DNA of 64,000 bases from Octopus sinensis (GCF_006345805.1 NC_043006.1:4650001-4714000); one strand, 5' to 3'; shown: positions 47,061-60,209, numbered from the stretch's first letter. The notes: generated by a model not told the origin, from the letters alone. Made by a program: numbers and translations.

Positions 47061-48730
47061 TTTTAAAATAATAATGAAATTATTGCATACAGTGCTCAGG
47101 TGCACAGGTAATAAAATATGTTTCTTTACTACCCACAAGGGGCTAAACACAGAGGGGACAAACAAGGACAGACAAATGCATTAAGTCGATTATATCGACC
47201 TCAGTGCGTAACTGGTACTTAATTTATCGACCTCGAAAGGATGAAAAGCAAAGTCGACCTCGGCAGAATTTGAACTCAGAACGTAACGGCAGACGAAATA
47301 CGGCTACGCATTTCGCCCGGCGTGCTAACGGTTCTGCCAGCTCAAAATAAGGCAACTTGGTGTTGTCAGCTGTCAGCCCAAGCTCCGTTGCTCGTCAGGC
47401 TGCGAAAAAAAGAAAAAAAATACGTGACAAGGTATCAGTTGAGACCTCCGGTGTTCTTGACCTCCGGACCATATCCCTGCTTGCCGCCCGCAAGTGTGAG
47501 CCCCATGACTCAGAGTCACGGTTCCAGTGCATTTTTCTCGCTATCCTCCGGGGCAACGCCTTTTCCAGTTTGTCCGCTGGTGCCATGAGAAATGTTTCCA
47601 TATTGTGAGAAGCAAGATTCTTCGTTAATCTAAATGGAAAGAAATGCATGTTATATTTTTAATTCGCAGAAGTTAGAAAGCAACTCGACGGCAGCGTGTA
47701 ACTTCGGCGGAGATTCGGATCAGGACGCTCACATAAGTTGGATTTTCTCCGTTTTGACTGTGACCCCGGCATTGGAAATGATGGGGTATATTCTTCTGTT
47801 GAAAAAAAAAAATTACGAAAATTTGATTTTTATCTCCCTCTCATCACTTCACTCCGGACCGACTTTGGCCAATTTTTTTTGCACGACGCACTTAAAACCC
47901 ATGGGAGAAGCCTTTTCGGTAAAAAAAATTAAATAAATTTGGATAATATTTTCATACGAATAGGAGCGTGATTTAAGGGAAATCTGGCTGTTGTTTCTAG
48001 CACATTTCGCGACCACCCTCCTCGTTTCTTAGTCACTCTGACATGTATTGATGTTTCTCTATATTTTTCTTTCCACAAACACATTTTATGGAATGAGGAT
48101 GCGGAAGTAACACACGGGTGGTCCATTGTTGGGATAGAAACAACAAAATATTGGGAAAGCGTTACTTTTATCATGACGATTCGCGCCAGGTATTAAAATG
48201 CCGCTGAAACGGAGACTAGGAAGTCGTACTAGCAGGAAGAGATACAGAAGGGGCTCTGATTGCGTTCGCACGTCAGAAATAACCCAAACAAATGATGAAC
48301 TGGGCCTTAGGCTTAATTCAGACGGTTATGTGAAGGCTGCTGGAGACTGTGGTCAGTTCTTGGCCGGAGAGGATTGGAGCTGGAAGGTCATATGTATGAC
48401 AGCAGGACTCCGTTTTCGCCACAACTCGAGAAAGAGTCAGAAGTGGTTGTCAGAGAATTTCTACTTCACCAACCTCAGTTTTTTGGCCTCCTAGTACCCA
48501 CGATTGTAATCCTATGGGTAGTGGGAATGGGTGTAGTTGAAATAAAAAAAAGACACCAACTGCTCTGCCTGCTACCCCAAGGCTGACCTGGTGACCAAGA
48601 TCAAAGAGGTGGATGACGATCTTTCCTAGGACACTGAAATATATATATTTTGCTTAGGTATTGTGAGATTAATGGCCTAGTGTAGAAAATGCTTTCCCCT
48701 ATATATGTATATAATAATAATAATAATAAC

Positions 48731-48859
<129 letters not shown>

Positions 48860-48942
48860 GTGACAACAAAAGAATAAGACCTTGGAATATATATATATAT
48901 ATATATATATGTGTTATATTTTATAATTATGCTATTTATAAT

Positions 48943-49184
48943 TATATTATAATTACATACATAATTATAACAAGGGCTTGGCTTGCACCTCACCACGCAC
49001 TGAAAAATAGACGTCAAAAGACACTATTGCCACCATAAATTCTCCGAGAAAAACACACCACATATAGGCCAGTAGAATTCTCGGAGAATCTATGGTAGCA
49101 ATAGTGTCTTTTGACATCTATTTTTCAGTGCGTGGTGAGGCGCAAGCCAAGCCCCTGTTATAATTATGTATATAATTATAATAT
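48943..49184. repeat. Fold-back inverted repeat (~108-bp arms)
   Basis: 48943-49050 vs 49077-49184. Confidence 0.9.
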
Positions 49185-49854
49185 ATTTATATTAATTTAC
49201 CTACGAGGTTTTATTTTCGCGTTGACCACTTGGTAAAACTCATTTATGATTTTACCCTTTATTATTATTATAATAATAATTAATTGGAATATATATATAT
49301 ATATATATATATACTGAAGAGTAATTTAAATTACTGTCGGTATGTCATGACCGTTGTCTTGGGTTTCTTTCTAATAGATTATGTCTGTTAACATTCGCTA
49401 GTCAGTTCGCTTTTTGGCTGTACGTTAAAATACGGTATAATTAAACGAAAAATATCTGACAGAAACACACGTCTCGGTCAGAACAAAAGTCAAAGATTTA
49501 GACGAGTCTCTAAACAAAACAGAGTTTTAATACTTTAAAAGAAATAACTAAAACGTTGAAATCCTTGGCCACCTTTACTGGAATGTAGAAAATGAGTTGT
49601 TTCATGAGTTATTTCCCTTACATTATTAAAGCTCTGTTTTGGCTAAATTCTGATTTCCCCCACTTGAACGGCAGGTGTTGTCATTAGTCATATTTGGCTA
49701 ATTATAAGGTCAATAGATGACTTGCCTTGTTGATAAAGATCCAAGCTTGACTGTGTGGTTAAGTACTTCGCTTTGCATCCACGTGGTTTCAGGTTCATTC
49801 CCCTTGTGTGGCACCTTGGGTGTTCTCTTCTACAGCTCCGGCTCGACCAACGTC

Positions 49855-50704
49855 GAGTACAACTCCCAAAATTACTGCAGAGCTTAATGACCACCTCATG
49901 AACCCAGTTTCTACAAAAACTGTTCGCCGGGAGCTGTGCAAAGCCGAATTTCACAGAAGGGCTGCAATCAGAAAACGACTACTTTAAAAAATAAACATTG
50001 CAAAGCGTTTAGAGTGGAGTAAAAACCTACAGAATTGGTACCGAGAGCAGTGGAAGAATGTTATTTTCTCGGGCGAGTCATCCTTTACCTTATTTCCGAC
50101 CACCGGCCGAGTATACAGGTGGAGACAGCCAAAAGAAGCATTTGACCCAGACTGCCTTCTTCCAGCTGTTAATCATAGAGGAGGATCTGTTATGAATGGG
50201 GGCGGGGAGGGCTATACCTTGGAAATCCGCCGGCCCAATGGTTTCCCTTCATAGCAGAATTAATAGTCAAGACTATTTAAACATTTTATCTGATCAAATT
50301 CACCCTATGGTTGCAGAACTGTTTCCGGAGAGAAACGCATTCTTTCGTGATGATAATGCACTAATTCACCCAGCTAAAGTTGTTACTGAATGGCACGAGG
50401 AACATACTAGTGAAGTTGAACATCTTATCTGACCACCACAGTCCCCAGATCTCAATCTATGAACATTAAAGGTGCATTTTAGAAAAACAAGTAAGAAGTC
50501 AATATCCTCCACCATCATCACTACAAGAACTGGAGAATGTTTTAGCTGAAGAATGGACAAAAATTCCTTTGGAAACAATTCAAACTTTGTACGAGTCCAT
50601 ATCTCGTAGAATTCAAGCTGTAATTACTGCCAAAGGCAGTCCTACCCATTATCAAAATATATTTGTTTGAAATTTTAAGGTGTTTATTTTGTTCAACCCT
50701 TGTA
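49855..50704 (+). mobile_element. Tc1 transposase relic (3' two thirds)
   Basis: WKNVIFSGES, GGSVM, FRDDNALIH and PPQSPDL motifs with stops and frameshifts; ends ttcaacccttg-TA. Confidence 0.88.
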
Positions 50705-51704
50705 TATTGAGTGGGCAAAAGTAGATATATAGTTCTTTGTGACTTAAGAACTCCAACGACTTTTCCATTCTTCCTGAGCGTCAAACTAATACACCTGCTT
50801 GTTGTCCCCTCACCTCTCTTCGTAAATGTCGGACGATGAAAATGAGTGCTCAATACTGGATTGGTGGATAGAATATATGTATATATGTATACTGATAGTT
50901 TATATCGAATAGCTGAGAATGAATGCTCATCATTATATTGGTGGATAAATATTCTTTATTTGTGGGTTAACAAGTATTAACGTTCCCATGTGGTAGGCTC
51001 CATCTTTTGATACGTGTGTGTGTGTGTGTGGTGTGTGTGTGTCCTACCGCTTGACAATCGGTGTTTGTTTACATCCCTGTAATTAGCAATTCGGCAAAGG
51101 AAACCTATAGATTAACTAGCAGACTAACCGAGGTCAATTTCTCGACTAAACCCCATCAAGGCGGTGCTCCAGCGTAGAGCACCGAGACTTCCTTGAAGTT
51201 CTTCGAAAATTTCTTTCAAGAGATGGTTGTTTCTGTTGTATTGAACAGCGAGTTACCAAAATATATCACGGCACAGATCCTGAACATTACAATTGGTTCA
51301 GCTGTTAATGTTCGAGCAAACATATAATCAAAGAGGTTCCAGCCACGACCATCCTGTCATTTTCACGGGCATTGCATATCTAGACCTACATTAGCCAATA
51401 TGTTCTCCTGTAGGGTGTGACGTAAATGAAGTATCTACTATTTCTAGCAGGTCGAGCGACCTAGAGAGAGACTACTTTATATCTTTTATTTTATTTAATA
51501 CTAAATATAACATTGGGTTTCCTGTTAACAGTACAATAGGCGTAGGAGTGGCTGTGTGGTAAATAGTTTGCTTAACGAGCCACATGATTCCGGGTTCAGT
51601 CCCACTGCGTGGCACCTTGGGCAAGTGTCTTCTACTATAGCCTCGGGCCGACCAAAGCCTTGTGACTGAATTTGGTAGACGGAAGCTGAAAGAAGCCCGT
51701 CGTA

Positions 51705-51831
<127 letters not shown>

Positions 51832-52914
51832 GTGTGTGTATGTGTGTGTCTGTGTTTGTCCCCCAACATCGCTTGACAACCGATGCTGATGTGTTTACGT
51901 CCCCGTCACTTAACGGTTTGGCAAAAGAGACCGATAGAATAAGTACTAGGCTTACAAAGAATAAGTCCTGGTGTCGATGTGCTCAACTAATGGCGGTGCT
52001 CCAGCATGGCCACAGACAAATAACTGAAACAAGTAAAAAGAGTAAACAACCAAATATAATTTGTCATGATTTTTTCTGTATCTAAATGTAAACTTCTTTT
52101 GTCATCAGAGCAGAGAGAAAGACACGAAGCTCACCACTGCTAATTCCCTCCAAGCCAAATCATAAAATCATAAAATGGTGGCTGTGTGGTATCGGGTTCA
52201 ATGCCATTGCGTGGCACCTTGGGCAAATATTTTCTACTATAGTTCCAGGCCAGCCAGAGCCTTGTGAGTGGATTTGGTTGACGGAAACTGAAAGAAGCCC
52301 ATCGTATATCTCATGTATGTTTGTGTCTGTGTTTGTACCTTTTCTCTCACCGCTCGACAACCGGTATCATTTTATATATGTCCCCATAACTTAGCGACTC
52401 GGCAAAAAGACCAATAAAATAAGTAACAAACTTATAAAAAAAATGAAGAAAAAAAAATTGGGATCAATTTGTTCGACTAAAAGATTTTAAGTCGGTGCTC
52501 CAGCATGGCTGCAGTCAAATGACTGAAATAAGTAAAAGATAAACTGAAATAGAAGATAATATTACGAATTAAAAAATTACCCCGTCTAAAGAATTACGAT
52601 GTGAATATAATAGTAAAACAATTAGATATAAAAAAATGCACCGATTTAAAAAGATTGTTTTCTGCAACACGATTGTGGTGAGTAGGGAGAGCACTGGTAC
52701 TGAAAGGGTTGAATTAAAAAAATTAAAACAAAACAATTTCCTTACAAATTTTTTAATCGGTTGTAGAAAAAGGGGTCTAAATATAAGTTCGGAAATATAA
52801 CTTTGAGGGATTCCATACAGAGTTGTTCCCCTTTATAAGAAAACTTCAAAATCACCTGAGGGAACTGGACCAAGGAACAGAAACAAATATTAACTATTTA
52901 AGCAAAAAAATCGA

Positions 52915-52946
52915 TCAAATAATAAAGATAATAATAATAAATAATA

Positions 52947-52978
<32 letters not shown>

Positions 52979-53004
52979 TAATAATAATAATTATAATAAT
53001 AATA

Positions 53005-53100
<96 letters not shown>
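52915..53100. repeat. (AAT)n microsatellite (others at 4004-4115, 48710-48856, 61670-61772, 62395-62540)
   Basis: direct reading. Confidence 0.95.
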
Positions 53101-53101
<1 letters not shown>

Positions 53102-53475
53102 TCTGAAACAGAAGGGTTTATCATAGCAGCTCAAGATCAATGCCTACCAACAAGAAACTACCAGGCCAACATATTAAAGAACGGCAGTAGCCCAACATGT
53201 CGTGTATGCCGACAACAAAATGAAACCATTGATCATGTTGTCTCCAAGTACAGTCTTCTAGCGCCTACAGAGTATCTCAACAGGCATGATAGAGCTGCAC
53301 AATATATTCACTGGGTAATTTGCAAAAACCTGGATTTGCTCCATGACCCCCCCCCCCCCAAATGTATGGCACACTAGGTATAACAACAACGTGAACTTCC
53401 AACCTGTTGTCTCTTGAGGTCTCTGGGTGAGACTTGGAGCCAACTTGTACAGACATAAAACAGAAGTCAAACATA

Positions 53476-53480
<5 letters not shown>
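53099..53480 (+). mobile_element. R4/Dong-like (restriction-like endonuclease clade) non-LTR retrotransposon fragment
   Basis: Stop-free frame KSETEGFIIAAQDQCLPTRNY...CRVCRQQNETIDHVVS...RHDRAAQYIHWVICK (CCHC-like knuckle + RHD motif), flanked by (TAA)n. Confidence 0.8.
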
Positions 53481-53508
<28 letters not shown>

Positions 53509-53914
53509 TGATAATAATAATAATAATCCTTTCTACTATAGGCACAAGGCCTGAAATTTGTGGGGAGGGGCTAAGTCGATCACATCGACCATAGTGTTTC
53601 ATTGGTGGTTAATTTATCGACCCCGAAAGGATAAAAGGCAAAGTTGACCTCGGCGGAATTTGAACTCAGAATGTAGACACGGACGAAATGCCGCTAAGCA
53701 TTTTCCCCAGAGCAGTAACGATTCTGCCAGTTCACCGCCTTATTAATAATGATTATAGAAATCAAAACTCAACTCAAGGAATCTTGTGACTGCCATCAAC
53801 ATAAGGGCTGTTGCTGTAGTCCGTTATAGTGCATCCATCCTGAAATGAACACACACGGATATTAACCAACTCGATCGCACTACCCGAAAAACAACGACAA
53901 CGACAACAACAACA

Positions 53915-54530
53915 ATCTTTTCTATTATAGGCTCAAGGTCTGAAATTTGGGGGAATAAGGTAAGTCGATCATATCGACCTCAGTATTTCACTGGTACTTC
54001 ATCGACTTCGAAAGGATGGAAGGCAAAGTCGACCTCAGCGGAATTTGAACTCAGAACGTAGCGACGGACGAAATACCGCGAAGCTTTTCGTCCGGCTCGC
54101 TAACGATTCTGCCAGCTCGCCGCAAAATCAGAATCCTTTCTACTGGAGGAACAAGGCCTCAGATTTGTGGGGAGGGGACTAGTCGATTACATCGACCCCA
54201 GTATTTCACGGGTACTTAATTTATCAATCCCGAAAAAATTAAGAGTAAAGTCGACCTCGGCGGAATTTGAACTCAGAACGTAGCGGCAGGCAAAATACCT
54301 ATTTCTTTATTATCCACAAGGGGCTAAACACAGAGGGGACAAACAAGGACAGACATAGGTATTAAGTCGATTACATCGACCCCAGTGCGGAACTGGTACT
54401 TAATTTATCGACCCCGAAAGGTTGAAAGGCAAAGTCGACCTCGGCGGAATTTGAACTCACAACGTAACGGCAGGCAAAATACCACTAAGCATTTCGTCCG
54501 GCGCGCTAACGATTCTGCCAGCTTGCTGCC
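53915..54530 (-). mobile_element. SINE-A monomer followed by a dimer
   Basis: same junction at 54299/54300. Confidence 0.85.
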
Positions 54531-54829
54531 TTTCGCCGCAAAAACATATGTTTTTGCACTACTTTTAGTCACGACAACAGTTGTCTACTGTTTGTTGCAG
54601 ATCAAGCGATTGTATGGAGGCTCGTTCATGTTTTCCACAATTGTGGTATGAACTCCATGACTTTTTTTTGCTTCATTTTTGCTTCAAATAGATATCAAAC
54701 AAGAACAATATTACTAAAGATGGAATTCCCAAAATTAATCTCTAGCATTAAGTATTCTTAAAGTGTATCACTGAACGTGGATATAGTATAGAAAACCAGA
54801 AAACTGCATAATTCGTCTTGAGAAAGCTA

Positions 54830-55070
54830 CAAGTGACCGACCATTCTTAAAGTGTGGAAACCACTCGTAAACTTGTGTTTTGCTTATGGCACGTCCTGGT
54901 AAGTTGTTTGAAGCTGGACAACTGTTTCGGCCGCCGTTTCCACAGCAAAAAAAAAACAAAAAACAAAACAAAACACAAAGAACAAAAAAAAAAAAAAGCC
55001 CTAGCAAAACAATTCACGGAAGCCCGTTGTTCCTTCGTTTCAGTCATCACAAAAATCGAGGAACAGAGGA
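54830..55070 (-). mobile_element. Mariner transposase N-terminal fragment
   Basis: EQRASV.. and ISKTQVYEWF.HFKNGR resemble the mariner HTH region. Confidence 0.65.
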
Positions 55071-55614
55071 GAAGCACTGCAAAACAAAAACACACCACGT
55101 GCAGCGAAAGCCTGGACTACAACGGTTTTGTCCCACAGTGTACGTTTCTGGTTACTTCTGGGTCTCGTATATCTACGTTATGTAAGATATACAGAATGCT
55201 ATACTAATTATTCCTAATTAATGAATCAAAAGACCAGTAACACCTTAATTATGTTTTTAAAATGAAAGTATTCAATAACGCGGTAAAGTAAAGGATGGGA
55301 AATGCCTCGGTGTTAAAATTATGGAAACCTTCCGAAGCTTCTCTGGTGATTATTTTTGTCGTCAACAAACTTCTGTTTCCGCCGTGACCTTTCGGCAACT
55401 ATCTGTCCAATGCATCTTTCCGTTTTGAAGATCATGTTGCATGATTTGAGTTCAGTTTTGCTACTATTTCTAGCAAATGGATAAAATCAACCGTTCCTTC
55501 TTGAACTTCCCAAATTTGTCGCCTTGGGCTGATGTAAGGAATTATTTCTAATAAGTCCGGCGACCACCTGGGTGTAAGGCATGGCAAAAAGAACTGTTTT
55601 GGTATAATCGGCAA

Positions 55615-55643
55615 GCTGAGAGAGAGAGAGAGAGAGAGAGACT

Positions 55644-55692
<49 letters not shown>

Positions 55693-55880
55693 AGAGAGAG
55701 AGAGAGACTGAGAGAGAGAAGAGAGACTGAGAGAGAGAGAGAGAAGAGAGGTAGAGAGAGACTGAGAGAGAGAGAGACTGAGAGAGAGAGAGACTGAGAG
55801 AGAGAGAAGACTGAAGAGAGAGAGAGAGAGACTGAGAGAGAGAGACTGAGAGAGAGAGAGAGAGAAGAGAGAGAGAGACT

Positions 55881-55913
<33 letters not shown>

Positions 55914-55939
55914 AGAGAGACTGAGAGAGAGAGAGAGAG

Positions 55940-55989
<50 letters not shown>

Positions 55990-55990
55990 T
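55615..55990. repeat. (GA)n microsatellite with ct interruptions
   Basis: direct reading. Confidence 0.95.
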
Positions 55991-56029
55991 TTAGGAATTT
56001 GCAGGTAATGTGTGTCCTGGGAAAATTGA

Positions 56030-56860
56030 GCAGCAATTAAAATATAATAATGTTTTAACTAGATAATTAAGATTCTTAATTAAGCTATATAGTTATAATG
56101 CATTTATTAACATGTTATAATGTATTAATTGACCAAATAAATGTAATATTTTAATAAACCAGATAATTATAATGTTTTGATTAACCAGATAGTTACAATG
56201 TATTAATAAGATAGTTATGATGTATAGTTATAACCAGATAGTTATTATGGATTAATAAACCAGAATTGATGAGATATTAATTAACCATATTGTTATAATG
56301 GATTAATCAACACGTAGTTATCATGTATTAATTAACCTGATACGCATAACCAGATAATTATAAGATATTAATTAACCATATAGTTGTAATGTATTACGTA
56401 ACCTGATAGTTAAAAAGTATTAACCAGATATTACAAAGGATTAATTATAAGGTTAATATGCTGGTTCAATTAGCCAGATAGTTATAATGGATTAATTAAC
56501 CAGGTAGCTATAATGTTTTGATTGACCAGATAGTTATAAGGTATTAATTAACTAGATAGTTTTAATGGCTTAATTAACCAGATAGTTATAATGTTTTAAT
56601 GAAACAAATTATTACAATGAATTAACATATTATTGTAATTAAGCAGATAGTTATAAGTATTAATTAACCAAATTGTTATGTTTTAATTAACCAGATAGTT
56701 ATAACGCATTCATTAACCAGGAAGTTATAATATATTTTTTAACTAGATAGTTATTATGTATTAATTAAATTTCGTAACATAAAAAATACTGCCTAGTAAA
56801 ATGTTTTAAATTTAATGAAACTTTTTGTTTTGTATTTTAACCAGTAAGAATGATTGTGTT
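56030..56860. repeat. AT-rich minisatellite, unit ~26-28 bp (attaattaaccagatagttataatgt)
   Basis: about 30 degenerate tandem units. Confidence 0.85.
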
Positions 56861-58085
56861 AGATGTGATTGATGACTTTAGATTAAAGACTGATGATGAT
56901 AGATGGGATTGATCGGGTTACATGGTATTGATGATGTTGGATGGGATTGATGGTGTTAGATGTGGCCGACGATGTTAGATGTGAAGGAGTGATGTTAGGT
57001 GTGACTGATGATGTAGTAGTCCTTAGCTGGTGCACAAAATTATATTCTATAGACAAACCCCGCAAGACAGGCTGCTCACAGAACTGGTAGAAAATTAAGA
57101 TGCAATTTCCAATGCAGGATTCATTCCTCAAAGTGGTTCTTCTGAATTCTAAAAGAAATAAACCATTAGATTCGAGTAAGTGGCATCCAATTGGAAAATA
57201 ACGAAGTTGAATTACAAGGAATCAGGAGCCAAGTTTGCACACCTGGGTTCCTTAATTTTGTAAATCTTAAAGCTTCTTTTGGAATTGATCCAAAGTACTG
57301 GTTTCAATCTTTGGCACAAGGTCAGTAGTTTCAGGGAAGGAGTAAGTCGATTATATCAATCCCAGAACTTATTTTATCGACCCCAAAAGGATGACAGGCG
57401 AAATCGACCTTGGCAGAAATTGAACTTGGAACGAAGACGGACGAAATGCCGCTGAACGGTTTTCCCGGCGTGTTAACGATTTTGCCAGCTTGCCGCCTTA
57501 AATTGACCCCAAATATTGATTTCGAATGTTGGCACAAGGCCAGAAATTTCGGTTGAGTGGGTAAGTCGATTACATCGACCCAAGTGTTCAACTGGTACTT
57601 AATATATCAACCCCGAAGGGTGAAAGGCAATGTCAACCTCGGCGGAATTTTGCCCCCTCTGCCAGCTTGCCGCTTTGAATTGACTCAGATTCTGAAATGG
57701 TCTGTTCTTATATTCTTCAGTTGAGTTACGAGCGATTGAAACACTGATTCAAAATTACTTATAATGGCAATATGAAATATAATAAGAATTCTTGTAATTC
57801 CAAATTTAGAATTATTTACATGGTTGGTGATATCAGTCAAATTGTCAAATCATACACACTCCTTTTTGAACCTTTCATTCTATTATTAGATACCTTTAGA
57901 ATCTATGAAGGATTTTCCTTCGTCTTTGAGCATAAAACTTTGGCTTAACCAGCGAAACTGACATTAATATAATAACTCACTATGAGTTGGTCTCTGAAGC
58001 AGTCTTTCTCTAAACAATTGCATTTCTCCATGTCCAATTACTTGATTTTTCATTCATATTCCTTCCCCACGTACGGTGAAAGCTG

Positions 58086-58126
58086 TTCCGCTGATGAGCT
58101 AAGAATAAAATCGAAACGTGTCGGAA
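58086..58126 (+). ncRNA. Minimal type I hammerhead-like motif (Penelope-type), probably degenerate
   Basis: ttccg CTGATGA g-(13 nt)-c GAAA cgtg TC ggaa: core CUGAUGA, GAAA and GUC in the correct order with a ttcc/ggaa stem I. Confidence 0.55.
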
Positions 58127-58649
58127 ATTGTCTTCCGTATTTGGCAAGAAATTAATATAACATTAATCATTAAATAATATCGATGTTTTTCCTCATCTAT
58201 AATTATTTCTCTCTTTTTTTTTTTAATAATCCCCGAATTAAATATATTTATACTAATTTTACTATATCAGTTGTGTGAGAGAGGGTGAAGGAGAGAGTGA
58301 GAGAGAGAGAGAGAAAGAGAGAGTAAAAGAGAGAGAGAGAGGGAGAGATGGAGAGAAAGAGAGTAAGGAGAAGATTCTAAGAAGTGAGCGGCTACGTAAG
58401 AGTGCGTGTTAAAGTAAGCATGCAAGAAAAAGAAGGTGAAAGTAAATTGGAAATTCGAATGCGAGGGGGGGGAGGGGGAGTCAAGAAGGGGCCAACTTTG
58501 TGACGTCACCGTATCTTTAATTATCTCAACCTCTTGTTTCCTCTCAGTTTTTCTCTCTCCTTGCGATTGTTTGAAGTGGTTTTGAAGTGTCTCTTCAGTT
58601 GAGAAGATTGCCTTCTCTGTAAGAACGGGAAAGAAATGCTAAGATAACG

Positions 58650-58811
58650 TTCATGTATGTATGTATGTATGTATGTATGTATGTATGTATGTATATGTAT
58701 GCGCGTGTGTGTATGTATGTATACGTGTGTATGTATGTATATATGTATATATTTATGTATGTATATATGTATGTATGTATGTATGTATGCGCGTGCGTTT
58801 ATGTATGCGTG

Positions 58812-58842
<31 letters not shown>

Positions 58843-59190
58843 ATGTATGTATGCACGTATGTATGTATGTATGCATGTATGTATGTATATATGTATGCGC
58901 GTGTGTGTATGTATACGTGTGTATGTATGCATGTATGTATGTATGTATGTGTATCTGTCTGTCTGCATGTATGTACGTATGTATGCATACATGAGTGTAT
59001 GCATGCATACATACATACATACGTACATATGCACGAAAGTATGCGTGCATGTTTGTAGGTATGCATGTATTTATGGATGCATGTATGCGTGTATGCAAGC
59101 GTGTATGTATGCATGTATGTACGTATAAACGTATGCATGCATGTATATACACATACATGCATGTATGCATACATGTATGTGTATGGATGT
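58650..59190. repeat. (TATG)n/(TCTG)n compound microsatellite
   Basis: direct reading; source of the MYVC/HTYI pseudo-ORFs. Confidence 0.95.
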
Positions 59191-59918
59191 AAAAACTAGG
59201 CTGGAGTCAGAGTGTAATTACAGACGCAGCCGTGTCAAGCGTATTTGTAAATATCTTAAGATAAATGTTGCAATCTTAATAATATAGATAAATACATTAA
59301 GTATGATATATATATACTTTTGTTCATTTAGCCTTTTGCTGGTTATTGAATCGAAGTGATGCTGGGACATTGTCTTCGAGGGTTTATTAAATCGACCTCA
59401 GTAATTATTTTTAAGACTTGGTATATATTTAATTCCATACATTTTTGGCGTAACACTATGTCACGGAACATCAACAACATCACTGGTTTTGAGAGGCATG
59501 AACGTAAACACATATTTAAACAAGCATTCACATACTCACGTACACATATGCACCATGGGTTTCCATTCTATTTCGATCAATAAAATTTCACTTAAAACAA
59601 ATCAATTCGAACCTATAGCACACTTTTACCCGGTGTCACGCAGTGAATCCAAACCCTGAATCATTTGGTTACGAAGCGAACATTTTAACCAGACAGCCAT
59701 ATCTACTCCCAAATTACTGATATTTTATTGCTTTTTAAATTTAATCCAAAGCGCAGTCGGTTAGTTACTATACTTCAATCACTGGAACAATGGTTTCAAG
59801 TCTAACTGTATGAACTTTCCTCCGAGGACGAAATTAAGAATGTAATACAGTGAATTAAGATTTCGTTTCTGGATTTGGTTTGCAAGATTCTTTATATGAG
59901 TTCGTGTTGAAGCATATT

Positions 59919-60209
59919 CTGTTGTGTCTGGGGAGAGTAATTTTCTTTTTGTGCCTTATAATGTAACACACTCACCAGTAAAATTTCCACTTATTTCTTA
60001 TTTTTATTTTCTTAAAATTTTCGTTGCGTCTTGCAACCTTTTCAATAGTCTTGAAAAGACTATTGAAAGGGTTACAAAACTATTGAAAAGGTTGCAAGAT
60101 GCAACGAAAATTTTAGGAAAATAAAAATAAGAAATAAGTGGAAATTTCACCGGTGAGTGTGTTACATAATAAGGCACAAAAAGAAAATGACTCTCCCCAG
60201 ACACAACAG
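59919..60209. repeat. Fold-back inverted repeat (~130-bp arms)
   Basis: 59919-60049 vs 60079-60209; explains the mirror ORFs 59924..60124 (+) and 60004..60204 (-). Confidence 0.92.

Noticed and set aside
47395-47649. Protein-looking 84-aa minus-strand ORF as an extra GTPBP6 5' exon
   Set aside because: No recognisable homology and no splice pair I could support; GTPBP6 is already complete from 46904.
56030-56860. CRISPR-like array
   Set aside because: The units are contiguous and degenerate with no unique spacers, there are no cas genes, and the context is eukaryotic.
58521-59192. Long ORFs such as the 217-aa MYAYMH.. and poly-I/N/L/E/YI ORFs throughout the window
   Set aside because: They are translations of microsatellites with no coding signature.
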